From the NCBI GenBank assembly GCA_000934665.2, contig KZ538768.1, forward strand, positions 1 to 64,000: a stretch of 64,000 nucleotides of DNA. Reading direction: 5' to 3'. This DNA is from Catajapyx aquilonaris (lineage: Eukaryota). Numbering within the stretch: position 1 is the stretch's first letter; the number at the start of each line of letters is the position of its first letter. A program made the translations under genes and the position numbers. The notes beneath the pieces are model-generated. The model had not been told where the DNA came from. It saw nothing but the letters and a program-made list of their open reading frames with translations, and ran no database searches. This document shows positions 52,001 through 64,000 of the stretch, one piece after another.

Positions 52001-53545
52001 GGAGAGGGGGTTATATGTGTGTTTGGGTAGCTGTCTGGCTGGCTGGCTCCTTGTCTTGGCAGAGGCAGAAGGCGAGTGCAAATGGCCGTGCTTCCCTGCC
52101 ACCCAAAACTCCATACCGGGCCAGGAGTCATTTCTGAGCTTAAGAGCCCGGCGTTATGTGCAGTCGAAATCATAAAAATGCACCATCAACCAATAAGCTT
52201 CCAGTACATTGGTCGCCTCTGGGGCTGGATATCGCCGATATCTCAGGGAGCCCGGGAGTCTGCTGCTTCCTTCCTTCCGCCGCCACTGCCAAGGCCCCCT
52301 TAATCCACTTTCACTTGTCTTGCGCTGCCAGAATACACTCATAATAACTGATCCCAGGCCTTTGCTTTGCCTCGACTTTACAGGGGCGCCAAACGATCGC
52401 TCACTCCATTGCGCGCTAATTGTAACAAGGTACTGGCTTCTTCCTTGCACCATGTACCGCCTGCGATCCTCGGATCAAGGGGATGTCGGGTTGGCCCGCT
52501 TTATTCTGCATTTAACACGTTAGGACCTGTTGGTTACTACAAATCTAGGAGAATTTTCATCGTCTTCCACCGGAAAATCTCAGAAGCCATTTTGACATCA
52601 ACGCGAGCATCAACCGGGTTTGCAAAAAAAAAATAAGAAAAAAAATATTTCCAAGGCTGAAGTGGTTAAAGTTTATTGAGTCGAAATGTCGCTTAGATCC
52701 ACTTGAATTCGGGAACATGCCTCGTTACTGGCATAATCGTTGTTATGATGGCGATCCTGGCTGGCTGCTGCTGATTTTCTGGCCGTGTTTACAAGATGTG
52801 TAGCGTAGCGAACTCTGATTTTGTTGGGTATGGAGTTTTGCAACCGCGATTTAGCTAGTGTGCACTGCAGAGAAGGCAACTTGAGAGGTACGAGTGTTGA
52901 CTTATGGCCTGCATAATCCTGGGGCCTGATGCCTGCTATCAGACCCACGCATGGAGAAGCCAAGTTTAGAAGGGATACAGGGAAGGGATAACCTGGTCGG
53001 ACTTTGGCAGTTAGTCTGCTTCTGCGGTTGGGAGGGGAGGAGGGGTAGATTCAGGCAGTGAGTAGACCCTCCTTACGTATACCTCTTGGCGATTCAAACG
53101 TTGGAGGAGGCTGAGGAATCTTGAAAATGTTGTTGGAGAGGCTGAATTGGACTGGGGATTTAAGCCCATTGAAGGGTGCCTATTGTTGCGATGAAGAGGC
53201 CGAGCTGCTCGAGCAGGCGAATGGGTGCTCCGGCCAGAAGCAGCAGCCAGGGCACCAGCAGGTTTAGAACCGTCGTTAAAATACAAGAAGCTATCTTTGC
53301 CTGGCCCAGGGCGACATCCTCCTTCCGCCGCAACTTCCGCTGCTTCCTCAGCTTACCTCAGTCGTAAACCCAACCCCGACGGCGTCTCCTGCTGTTCCGG
53401 AAACCGGGGATTTCCTCGTTAGACCGGAATCAATGGTCCTATCTGCCTATCCTGTGGCCCCCTCTGCAACCAAATCCTCCTTCGAAGGTCAGGGTGCATT
53501 CGACAGACATCCAATCGATGAAGGTGAGGGTGGGGAAGGATGGGG

Positions 53546-53549
<4 letters not shown>

Positions 53550-53620
<71 letters not shown>
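53550..53620. repeat. (GA)35 microsatellite
   Basis: Directly visible. Confidence 0.97.
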
Positions 53621-53622
<2 letters not shown>

Positions 53623-54474
53623 TGGCGGTCTCTCATTCCCTCTCTCCTTTTCCTCAACGCCGGGGTCGCTTATTGTCCTCTGGAGTAATTAGCGGCTGCG
53701 AAAATGTACTTGGTTTAGAGCGCAGTACATCTTTAATCCGCATTAATTATTTAGCACCAAGCTGTGGCTCGTTATGCTCGGGAATTTAAAATGAGGTAGA
53801 AGTTTCACCGCTTTCATCACTATTAATAAAAGTTGATGAAAGTTTGCACCCCCGGTCTTTTTTCTCTCTCTCCTACCCTCCAGGCTGCAATTGGTACTTT
53901 CTTAACGATAGATGTAATGTTTGCTGCGAAGGAAAAGATGCCTTACAGGTACGTAGCTGACTACTGCGCATTTCTCTCATTTTTGCTGATCAGACCAGTA
54001 TCGAGAAGCGTGATATTTAAAGAAGTGACGCCTATTATGCAATGTAATAGCATCATTGAGTTTTAACAATATTATTTACTCATACCACACGCACGGTATT
54101 GCAACAATAAGTGATGAGATTTATTAACTTGGATCCACAGCCATGCTAACATTGGGCGGTTCAATTGCACAGAGTATAGGATGACCCCACCTGATGTGGT
54201 AGGAATTCCCGGAGAAACTAATTTCCGTGCAAAGAGGCTGGAGTGCATTAGAGTGAGGAACTTGGTAAACGGACGGACCTCGGCGGGTGTATAAGTTGTA
54301 TGTTTGCGAGAATGCCCGAGACGATTAATCCTCCTTTCCCGAGAGTCGATCCGGCCTGGCAGTCTTTCGCTCGCTTTCCCTTTCTCCTGGGCCGTAGAAA
54401 TCTTGGCGAAACCTTGTTACTTAGTGACCCCGCCCAAGAGAATTGCTTCCTTCTTTTGGATAAATCGATATTTT

Positions 54475-54477
<3 letters not shown>

Positions 54478-54540
<63 letters not shown>
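54478..54540. repeat. (CT)31 microsatellite
   Basis: Directly visible. Confidence 0.97.
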
Positions 54541-54542
<2 letters not shown>

Positions 54543-55494
54543 GCGATCTGTCCTTCTGGGGAGAAGTTGAACAATCGTCTTGAGGCCACCGTGGTGGACG
54601 CTGGGTCTAAAGGAAAACTATATAGCCAGGGAAAACTCGAGGAATCTTTCAAATCGATGGCTGCTGCAAAAATGACGCCATCAAGTGACGTCACCTGAGA
54701 GGAATTTTCAAGCCCCCCCCCCTCCCCCCTGCCGCCGCTTTTGAATTGGTAAACTGCGACTCTCCATTAGGAAGTCCGGATAAACGATGCGGGTTGACAC
54801 AGCCACTGGCGGGGGAGGGAGAGGTGGGCTAGAGTTTGGGCATCATTCATCTCTGGAGTTTGGGATGGAGGGGGGGCAGGGAGGGGGAGGACGTGCGGGT
54901 CGTAATCCGTAATTAACTTGGCTTAGAAAGAGACAAATAGGCTTGATCTGTCTAGCTTGATTTCCAGGCGCTGGTTCTCTCCCTCTCTCCCCCGCTACGT
55001 AAGTCGCAAGTTTGTGGACGTAATTTCTCCCCGAGTTTCTCCTCCACCTGCTCGGAACCGTGCTCACTGGCAGGGGAATCGGGCGGAATCTGCGGGGAAT
55101 CGTACCGATCACCAGTTTGAAATCGAAAAGTAGTGCGCTGGGGGGAAAAGAAAAAAAAGAGGATCGTCTGCTGCCGCTGGGAGCCAGGCTGCTGGTGTTA
55201 ATTTCGGGTCGAATTATTCCGAAACAGATGGCCACTTCCCTTCACTCTAGGCGCTTAGGTCGTGATATCTCCCACGTAGGCTTAGATGAATGTGCCCCCT
55301 TTCCCATCCCTTTTCCCTGCTTAGACCTCCGGGCTGACAAATTTCCGCTGCGTTTGACAAGAGGAAGGAAATTTCTTGGCTTCACCAAAGGGAGAGGCCA
55401 CCGGTTGTTTTGCGGTCCGCGATAATAATCATCGCCATTTTTTGAGGTGGTGGTGTGTGCTCGTGACGGAAGTTTGTACACGTACTAGAGGCAT

Positions 55495-55550
55495 TACTCA
55501 CCCTGGCGGATATCCGAACCCGTCTCGCACTCTCTTTTTTCCAGGTATGA
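55495..55550 (+). promoter_or_regulatory. Candidate recursive splice site (juxtaposed 3'ss/5'ss) or acceptor of a cryptic exon
   Basis: Branch-point-like TACTCAC (55495-55501), no AG from 55491 until the acceptor, pyrimidine tract, then ctctcttttttcCAG|GTATGA (AG 55543-55544, GT 55545-55546). Confidence 0.4.
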
Positions 55551-56175
55551 GAGAGTGGAGGACACACACACGGACACACACACACTCTCTCTCGCTAAAT
55601 GGTTCCCCCCGTGGCGCCAGGCGTTGGAATAAATACAATGGGATAATTGGAACCGAGGTTCAAATGTCTGACCTTTTCCTTCCTGGCGGTGGCCTTGTTT
55701 GCTTTAAAAACCCGCGGAGGTAACAGGCCGAGATTAGCGACGCGAGACACCAGCTTTTTGTAATGACACCCCCAAACCTTCCTTGATGAAAAATCCCAGG
55801 GTGAGATAAGGTCCGGCCCACTCGGAGCGATTAATCCAGCCTGATTAAGAATTAAGGTCTATAAATGCAGTTTTGGGACCTTCCCCCGAGACGCCGATTA
55901 CTACTAACCTTTTTCCTCGGAAGGAAACGCTTGTTATGGGCCGCCCAATCACAGATATTTGCTCACGGGGGTGTATATCTCAGGGCAGGGTTTCATATCA
56001 GCCGGTATCCTGTTCGTTAATTTCCACAGGTATCATTAGCAGCCTTGAAATAACAACGGGTGGTTATCGATCTTGGTTGCTATCATATCTTTGCACGTGA
56101 GGGTCTTGTAAGAAAAAGCACCCCCCGCTTGGACCGTCTCAGCCAGTTAAAATTTCTTCGCAATAAGCAGAAGGG

Positions 56176-56178
<3 letters not shown>

Positions 56179-56235
<57 letters not shown>
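56179..56235. repeat. (AG)28 microsatellite
   Basis: Directly visible. Confidence 0.97.
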
Positions 56236-56239
<4 letters not shown>

Positions 56240-59200
56240 AAGAGGAGGAGCATTGCAGATTGGGCTGTGCTAAGCGCCATTTTGTCACACTTCTATTGTT
56301 CAACCCCCCCTCCAGAAAGACGAAGTAAAATGCTCGTCGCTAACGTACTGTTACAGCCGCTAACGGGCACTTAACCGCGTAACGGTTGTCGTTTTACAAT
56401 CGTGCTCCATTTCCGGACGGGCTTTTAACTTGGGACTTGCCAATTAAGTAAACATGGCCTTCATGCGAGGCTCGTAAACGCATGTGCAGCCATTGTTTGG
56501 GGGTGGGGGGTGAGGTGCCCCCGATTCCGGCGGAGATAAATATTCAGGCTGGTCCGTAAAAAGAAAGGCTACAAGCCATTCCCTGTTACCTGTGGCCTGT
56601 CAGGTACAGTAAGAGTGTCGATTTTCAGGATTAAAGAGGAACCGAGGCAATCCGAAATTTGAAGGTGATGGAATCCGGGGTCCAGGAGTGGCAAAATGTG
56701 TTACAAGAAGTGCACTGTAAAATTAAAATCGTGTTTAGTAATCTGTGCAGTAACTACGAACACACTAGTTGGTATATGTATGTACATAATTATTTAAGCC
56801 CGGTTGTGGCAACAAAAATTAGGGCTAATTGCTGATTAGGTATTGGTTTTCACAACATGTCATCAGCTATTTTTCCGTATGTCGAAGTGGTGAAACCGGA
56901 CCTGACAGCCAAAAACACCTGTGGACTCGGTGTAACTCCGATAGTGCCGGAAAATACAATAACTGGTGGATGTTCGGATAATCGAGACTGCACTATGTGG
57001 TTCAGGCCTGGTAAATTGGGGCAAATGGTTCACTGCTGAGGACCGCCCTGTACATTTCCCCCCCCCCCCTCTCTCTCTCTCTCTTCTTGTGTGTCCCCAT
57101 TCACTTCTGGCCTTCGGGCCGTTATTTGTGCTGGCAGATTGTAGAGCGATCGGCTGCCTTGTCGCCCAAAAGATGAAGGGAAAAAAAAGACCGCCCAGCA
57201 GGTTTCCACTCACGACTCGAGTCGATCCGTCCCCCTCCTTTCTTGGTGGGGAAAGAAGGGAGGAGGGGGCCATATTTGAATTGATCTCGGGTCCAACAGT
57301 GCAAGTCCTGGATCGAAAACTGATAGCTTTAGAAAGGCGAAAATGAATGAACCTGGCTCCCCGGGTAACTTCTCCTGGTTGTTAGTCTGAGAGCGATGTG
57401 CCCGCCAATACACTAGCCAGAATCTCCACTATACCCCTCCTCCTCCTCCTTTCCCGCTACATCTATCTATCCTCATAATTTGGGGGCTATGGGCCCGGGC
57501 CTAACTCGCCGCAATGGAGGGGAAGAGTCTGCCCCCATAACGTCCCAACCCGCCCGCGCGCTAACTTAATTTTTGGAGATGGAAATTTATTGGGGGCAAA
57601 ATGTAATCTCGTTCCTTTGAGACGTGGCTGAGGAGAGATGGGGTATTGGGAAAGGGTGAAAGGGGAGGGTGCTGGGAGGATAGGCGAGGGGAGAGGGGGG
57701 ATTGAGAGGTTGCCATGTTGGGGGGTGAGGGGGTGAGAGAGAGATAGAACTCGAGTGATAACTTTCAGAATAGGATTGCCGCGCTCTCTTATTAAGTATC
57801 GATAAAGAAGTTGGGGCAGCGATTAATCGGGTTTTTATACGGGCTTGAATGCAGACGTGCTCTGGGTTGCTCCTTTTTGCCGACAACCGGGTATAGAGAG
57901 TAACAATGGTGTCGATATCGATTTTCTCATTTTTTGTGTGTGTATGTCCACGGTTTTATCGGCTGGGAGAGAGAGTTTTTTTTTCTATATAAAGGCGCTG
58001 ACGAGGCAAGTGGACCAACCTGTTGAGTTGTGGGGGAATAGTGATGCACTTAGCCATTATTCATGACTTGTACGGATGATCCAATGCGCCGCAAAGAAAG
58101 GGATTCATTTGTATCGTGCGCATTGCTGGGTAGGGGGTAGGGGGGGGAGGAGTAAAAAAGGTCTTTCTGAGGCATTAATTGCAGGTTGATCCCAGCGTGT
58201 AGAATGGGGTGGGGATGGGTGGGGATGGGGGTGGGTGGTCCGGCGATTCATGCCCCGTGGCCTTTTTTGCCAATTCATTTTGCAGGCCATTATTACCCCA
58301 ACTCTTCTGCACCCCCGTCACTGGTTGCTTTGTAGCCTGCAGCTCTTTATTTCGAAATTTACTCAATCGAGTTGTATAGATTCTGCCGAGCGGGAAATAG
58401 CCGATGGAGTTTTCATCCGTTCCGTTTCAATTCGAAAATTGTTCAAACACAGCACGCGTTTGTGGGAAAGACGGAAATAAAAAAGCGCGATGGGGGAAAA
58501 AATGCACTGGCCCAAGTCTCCCCAAGTATTCGGAGCACCAGCTTAATAAACGATTAATGCAATCAGCATGCTACAATTGCTGCGCATGGCATTGCTCAGT
58601 CATCACTCGTGGCAATAATCCAATTTGATTGCGTTTGCGTAACTTATTTATTGTTTGCTGAAACTGTGTAATTATGCTGTCTATCATTGTCAACAGCACA
58701 CATGCACAAGGGGAATATGTGGAGTCTCTCTAATGCTGTGCACTGGCGGCAAAATCAGGGCTTTTTCGCCGGGGCTCTATCTGCGCTTTTATTGTGTCCC
58801 CGCTTCCCGGCTAATGATAATAATAAATAAAAGGGCTACTCTTATTACCCCGAACAGTACCCGACGTCCAGGGGGGAGGGGAAAGGCCCGGGCAATAACA
58901 ATTATTATAATCCATCACCTGGTCTCCGGGTCATGATGTGAGAACCAATGTGTTAACGCTGCAATCGACACCGGGTTGAGAGGATCGGATTTCCAACCAA
59001 ACCCCGGCCATGTTCAATGCAAACGCCGTGGGGCAGGGCTTATGCTCGTTATTTTAATGCACTCTTGATCATGTTTTAACTGCTGTCCGGAAACGCGACC
59101 CGGTGGAGAGGGAGGGGGGGGGGGGGCTTTTCCCGCGACAAGCCCCGTAAATTACACAAATTTGGCGCAAAAGGTGGTCCGGTCCAGCTCCCTGTGAAAA

Positions 59201-59296
59201 GGAACCGGGAGGATTGCACCTTTACCCCCGAGCTCCTCTCTCTATAAATGCGCTTTTCCCAGCCCTCCCCCATTCCACCCCCGCCTCTCCCCACAT

Positions 59297-59321
59297 TCTC
59301 TCTCTCTCTCTCTCTCTCTCT
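59297..59321. repeat. (TC)12 microsatellite
   Basis: Directly visible. Confidence 0.93.
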
Positions 59322-60571
59322 GGGCACCGACGTGAGCCTGGAATTGACAGGCCCTTGTCATCGAAGGTACTGTAAAATGTTCATTCGGGCCCTGCGGTGG
59401 TGGTCACGGCTTTTCCGCTGGCCCCTGCCGAGTTCTCTCTCACATTCCCCCCTCTTCATCATTTCCCCCTCTTTCTCTCTCCAACATTCCGCTTTTCTCT
59501 GCCACACGCCGATCTAAAACATCTGTGGAATTTTTACCTTTTCTTTACAGATCTGCTTTTTTTGTGGTGGGGGAGGGGGTCCTATCCTATTTTTTTTAAA
59601 GGGTTTGCTTGCATGTTGCACTAGTTCTGTGGCGGCATCTTTGTGTGCTCGGTTCAGAGAGTACAGTGTCAGGGAAAGGGTTTTCTCTCTCTCTCCCTCT
59701 AGTTTTTCTCTCCTTTCCCCCCCCTATACAAACTGCACTGTATGTGCCACTTGGTCTTGTTGCGTCGTTTGCGGAGGTTAATTAGCTGGAAGTTTTTGTG
59801 CGGTCTTGCAGGAGGGTAATTGTTAAGTCGCTTCGGTACGACTGAGTGGTTGCTGTTTGTTTACAGCCTCTCTTCATGAATATTGTAACTATATGTTTTC
59901 ACTGCATTAATACGCTTGCAACACATTGTGAATGCAACGTTGTTGCGGGCGTTGTTTCAGTTTTTGGTGCAGGTGTATTCGTGTCGGAGGCTGGGTTCAC
60001 ATCCTATTGTAATGAGCTAGGTATATAGTAGGCCTACTGTTTAAAAAAAAATGAAGCGCGTGTTTCTCTATGAATACAAGCTGGATTGCATTGAACTCCT
60101 CCACTGGTTTTTTTGGTGATGTTGAATGGGATGGATTGCGCTATGACCTTTTTGCTAATGTTGCTGGACTTATTTGCTTTAAAATTTCTGTAACAAAGTT
60201 GGGATGGAAGCTTTTATTTCATGGGCTGCTCATTTAGGTAGCTTTTGGACAGAGTTTTAGTTCAACGACCTGTTCGTGCTTTTATTTATGCAGAAGGAGA
60301 GGAGGGAGAGGGAAGGGTTAATTCGAGCGGGAATGTGTTTTATTTATCGCGTAATCCTTAGATGATACATATCGGCGGCACCGGACTAATTAATCCGCTT
60401 GACGACGTCGACGGCGCTTGATGTTTTGTGTTTGCTTTTCCCTCCGTCGAGCCCTCGGCGTTGATTTGCACGAGCAGCGCAATTCCCATTCCTTTGGTTC
60501 CTGCTCGAGCGCGAAATTTTAAATTGTCGTCGTGGAAAAGCCGCCACAAAGGGCCTGATAAGTGACACCCA

Positions 60572-60645
60572 AATGACTATAAATCGCTCCCCCTCTAAAT
60601 TGAATTAATGATCCACAATGACTATAAATCACCGCCCTATAAATT
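60572..60645. repeat. Degenerate ~30-bp direct repeat, 45-bp period
   Basis: AATGACTATAAATC is exact at 60572-60585 and 60617-60630. The copies are followed by CCCTCTAAATT and CCCTATAAATT respectively. Confidence 0.7.
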
Positions 60646-61428
60646 ACGTTACGATGGCGTCCGCGACCCAGCAGATAGACTGTGAAGTCGGACTTTCGAA
60701 CGTATAATAAGCGGTCGCCATTATCGCGGATCGCTTCATTTGGACTCATTAAAGCGAGGAGAGCAATTGGTATAGGGAGAGAAAGAAAAGGGGGGGAAAA
60801 AAGGAGTAGCAGGCATTTTCACCAGTTGGCAAGGAGTTACAGGGTGGTGGGAGTGGAGAAAATTGACAAGTTTTAGAGGTGGGTGGGGAAGGCAGGAAGG
60901 TGTGATTCGATCCGGATTGGATTGCATCGGCAATTGCAAAGGCGCAATTCTTGAGGCCCGCAATTTTCCTTCGACTCTTCGCACTCGCGGCCTCTCGTCT
61001 CGGACAGATTCCGCGCCAGGGAGGAGAGATATATTGATTTGGAATTGAGGTGTAGTCAATTTTTTGTACTGTGGTTGAGAGGGCCAGGAGAGATGGGGGA
61101 GGAGGGGAGGGGGGTTAAAGCCGAGGAAAACCCCTGGTGCTTCTCCGATATGTAGTGACTGCAGAGGAATTCCAAATATGATCGGATTGTATTCCGGGAG
61201 GTCATTTATTGCCAAACAAAATCATTTTTTGGGAGGGAGGGGTGGGAGAGAGTTCATGTTCAGCAATTTTGTGGGCTGGTTAATAATTCTGCGTGATCGA
61301 TGTGCATGCAAAAATATTTTTGCAATAATTCATGCATTCGAAGTCCATATGATCTTAACGTCTCATTGGACCCGGAATGGCCGAATCTACCCCGAAACAA
61401 TTTGTTACCGCATAAAATTGCGCAGATT

Positions 61429-61446
61429 NNNNNNNNNNNNNNNNNN
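61429..61446. other. Assembly gap (18 N)
   Basis: Run of N next to C-rich low-complexity sequence. Confidence 0.99.
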
Positions 61447-64000
61447 TCCCCGTGCCCCCCCCCCCTCCCCCACCACAGCTGCCTCCCCCCCCCCCCTTCA
61501 AAATGTCAAAAGTGAAATCGATATTGGTTCATTGAGGTGCGCTGGGTAAAGTGGTCTCCATTTTCGGTAAGCAAGTGGACGGATAGGAAGAGACGTCTTG
61601 GGCTGAAGTACATTTCTACTGAGATTTGCTGCCGGGGTTTTGACCTTTGCCTCTCGAGAGGTCAGGAGGCTATCTTCATACTGGATATACAGTTTGTTTG
61701 CTTTTTTTAAACAGTTGGGGGGTCCTTTGTGAATGTTGGCTGTAAGTGTTTGTAAATAGAGAGGCCGGCTAAAAACACCTTGCATCGAGTGCAACAAAGT
61801 GGGGTAAGGGGGAAAGTGGCGGGTGGGAGTGGGGGTCACTAATTGACCGCATCCCTGTCGATGGGATCGGCCTGGGTTCAGGACAGTTATTAATTGGTTA
61901 GTATTTCCAATCCGGGGGTGGGCTTCCCTGTCAACTGTTGACCGTGCGGCAGACGCTTCTACTGTTTGTCATGCTGGGATCTCATTAGCGTAGTAACCAG
62001 GTGTCGAGCACCCCCACACATCCCCCCCTCCACCCCTTCCACCAAACTCCCCCCTCCCAACATGCCCCATTCCCTCCACTCTTTTGTGGAATTGCCAGGA
62101 CAACCGTGACGTGATGTCATTTGGGGCAACGAATGGGTACAATATCCATCACATACCCAAACGGGGCATTTCCTGGACCTTTCCACTCCCTGACCTGCAT
62201 CGCATTTGTGCCAGCAGAGAGAGGGAGAGAGAGAGAGGATTGTCTATGTATACCGGGGGAGAGGGGGTATATTCATATTTTAGAGACAGTAGGTATGATG
62301 GTGGAAGGGGAGGGACTTCCCCCCCCCCCTCCCTCCCTCTATTCCAGTCCCGTAGAATCCCAAGCGGATGTCACGCTCTGACCATAAGCGGATGGGTATT
62401 CCCCGGATATAATAAATCAAAAAAGCAGTTTTGCGTAATCGCCCCGCGATTGGGTGTGTCCGAGACGACCCCTTTTCCAATGGACCCCTGCATATTTTTT
62501 TTCCTCTTCCTCCTCCTCCTCCCCCCCAACCAGCGCTTCTCCCTCCCCGTCCCTCCCACTTCCAGCTGCATCCGTGGCGTTCGGGGATCGATACTTCATT
62601 TCAAGGAGCAGCAAGATTTAAATTTTAACGCGGCATAAAGACAAAACCTTGAGATGCACGGCTCCCAGGTGATCACCTCGTCTTTTTACCTCCCTCCTTC
62701 CTTCCCCACAAGCCAGCCAGCCAAGCCACTCTTCCTCAGCCATATGCCCCAGCTCCCCTGAATAAAACGGTGACACGTAGACATACATAAATTTGGAATT
62801 CATAGATTCCGCTCTTCCCTGCCTGCCGTTTACTGGAACAAGCTTGTTAATGTAATTCGCCGAGATAAAGCCATCTACATATGGAACGCGGCAAAACAAG
62901 GGAAAACTGCAAGTGCGGCAGACTGAGCCCGGGGACACCCTAGTGAGTTACGCCGTCATTCACACCAGGCACAAACCCGGCAGATCCAGTACATGTGCTG
63001 GCGACTAACATCCCCTATGAATAAGCCTCCCCCCGTTTAAAGCCTCGGGGGCCATTTCTGCCGTGTACGGCAAAGGGTTTCAGGTCGGAATAAGTCGACT
63101 CCACTGAACTTTTTTTTTCTCCTCCCCTCGGAAAAAAATTGAAAGTTTTTTTTATATATGAAGCGAAAAATTGCAAAGTTAAGCGGCATTGTGGTTGCAA
63201 AGGTCTGGAAAGTTTACAACTTTTAGCTCAGATGTGATGCACAACTTCGCTCCCAGCATGTTTGTTGAAATTTATTAGAAATGATGGTATAACATATTAA
63301 TTCCTCTGAAATATTTGGATCGCTTTTTCTTATGAACTCTGTGTGTATTTGAACTTGAAGTAGCACCTAATGTGTTAAGTGAGAATTCTCCCGAAGCCAT
63401 CTGATGTTTGGTGCCAAAATTCGTCGCGATTTTACTCCATCTGAAAACATTGTCTTCCGAAGCAAAATCTGGGTTGTTTTGTCCCTCGGCGGCGTTTAAC
63501 CGCCCCGCCATGGGGTTTAGAATCGGGTTAGAAACGAGGCCCGGGTATTTTTCGACATGTCCAACACGGTGAAAAAGGTCTTAAGTGCCCGTATTTATGC
63601 GCTACCTTATTAAAACTACCTGCCCCTTTCCCCCTCTTCCCCCTACCTCGACGAGCTAAAATTAGTCTAATTGCCCCTGCGAAAACTTGGTTAATGAAGG
63701 CTGGCTGGAAATGATGTCTTCGGTCTAAATTATGAGGCCTATAATGAAGAAGTTCATTACCGTCCGTATTGTTCCACTAGCTCCTTTAGCATGCAAAGAG
63801 AGAAGGAGAGAGGCGTGGAATCGGGGGGTGTCGGCTAAGGGAGGGAAGGGAATGGGGAGGGATAGTTTAACCCCCCCCCCCTCTCCTCATCATCCTACCC
63901 CTCCAACTTCGGTATCCTTTAGGTAGCCTTATTGATGGGGAATCGAAGAGGGTGCGCTGGGAAGAGCTCTACATGTTGCATGAGGCACGTCAGGCTCATA

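Larger units (their letters stand above)
32247..64000 (+). other. Probable very long intron (>31 kb, continuing beyond the window) of the TIA-family gene
   Basis: The RRM is interrupted at a phase-2 donor. A by-eye search did not find the expected next exon (DCRVVRD...KSKGYGFVSF, RNP1) downstream, and it is not in the ORF track. A manual search could miss it. Confidence 0.65.

Noticed and set aside
59531..59550. Strong-looking acceptor tttttaccttttctttaCAG as the start of the next TIA exon
   Set aside because: The downstream sequence does not encode the expected DCRVV...KGYGFV and no good donor follows; it is probably a pseudo-acceptor.
1..64000. The several hundred six-frame ORFs of 60-253 aa as protein-coding genes
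   Set aside because: None shows a domain I recognise. They overlap in all frames, often start at non-ATG codons and are dominated by microsatellite or homopolymer translations (RERE, LSLS, PPPP, GGGG), as expected for chance ORFs in non-coding DNA.

Overview
Draft-assembly eukaryotic genomic DNA, most likely from an invertebrate (arthropod). It has two N-gaps, many (GA)n/(CT)n microsatellites and long G/C and A/T homopolymer runs, and shows no CpG depletion by eye. The window is almost entirely non-coding. I recognise one coding feature: an 88-nt internal exon at 32159-32246 (+) encoding (E)[28 protein letters not shown](S), the start of an RRM (RRM2-type) of a TIA-1/TIAR (Rox8/trv-like) RNA-binding protein. 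It is absent from the supplied ORF track. I could not find the neighbouring exons by eye, so the window is probably mostly very long introns of this gene. None of the listed six-frame ORFs looks like a real protein. There are no prokaryotic features, CRISPR arrays or intact transposase/RT genes. The best leads concern splicing and RNA structure of the TIA-family pre-mRNA: a U-rich tract just behind the exon's own donor (possible autoregulation), candidate poison or micro-exons 1.5-2.3 kb downstream, a well-formed candidate recursive splice site at 55544/55545 flanked by complementary GA/CT tracts, a 26-bp hairpin at 46007-46082, and a degenerate tRNA-like element about 190 nt behind the exon. 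These are hypotheses from sequence inspection only. I cannot claim a new biological system from this window.
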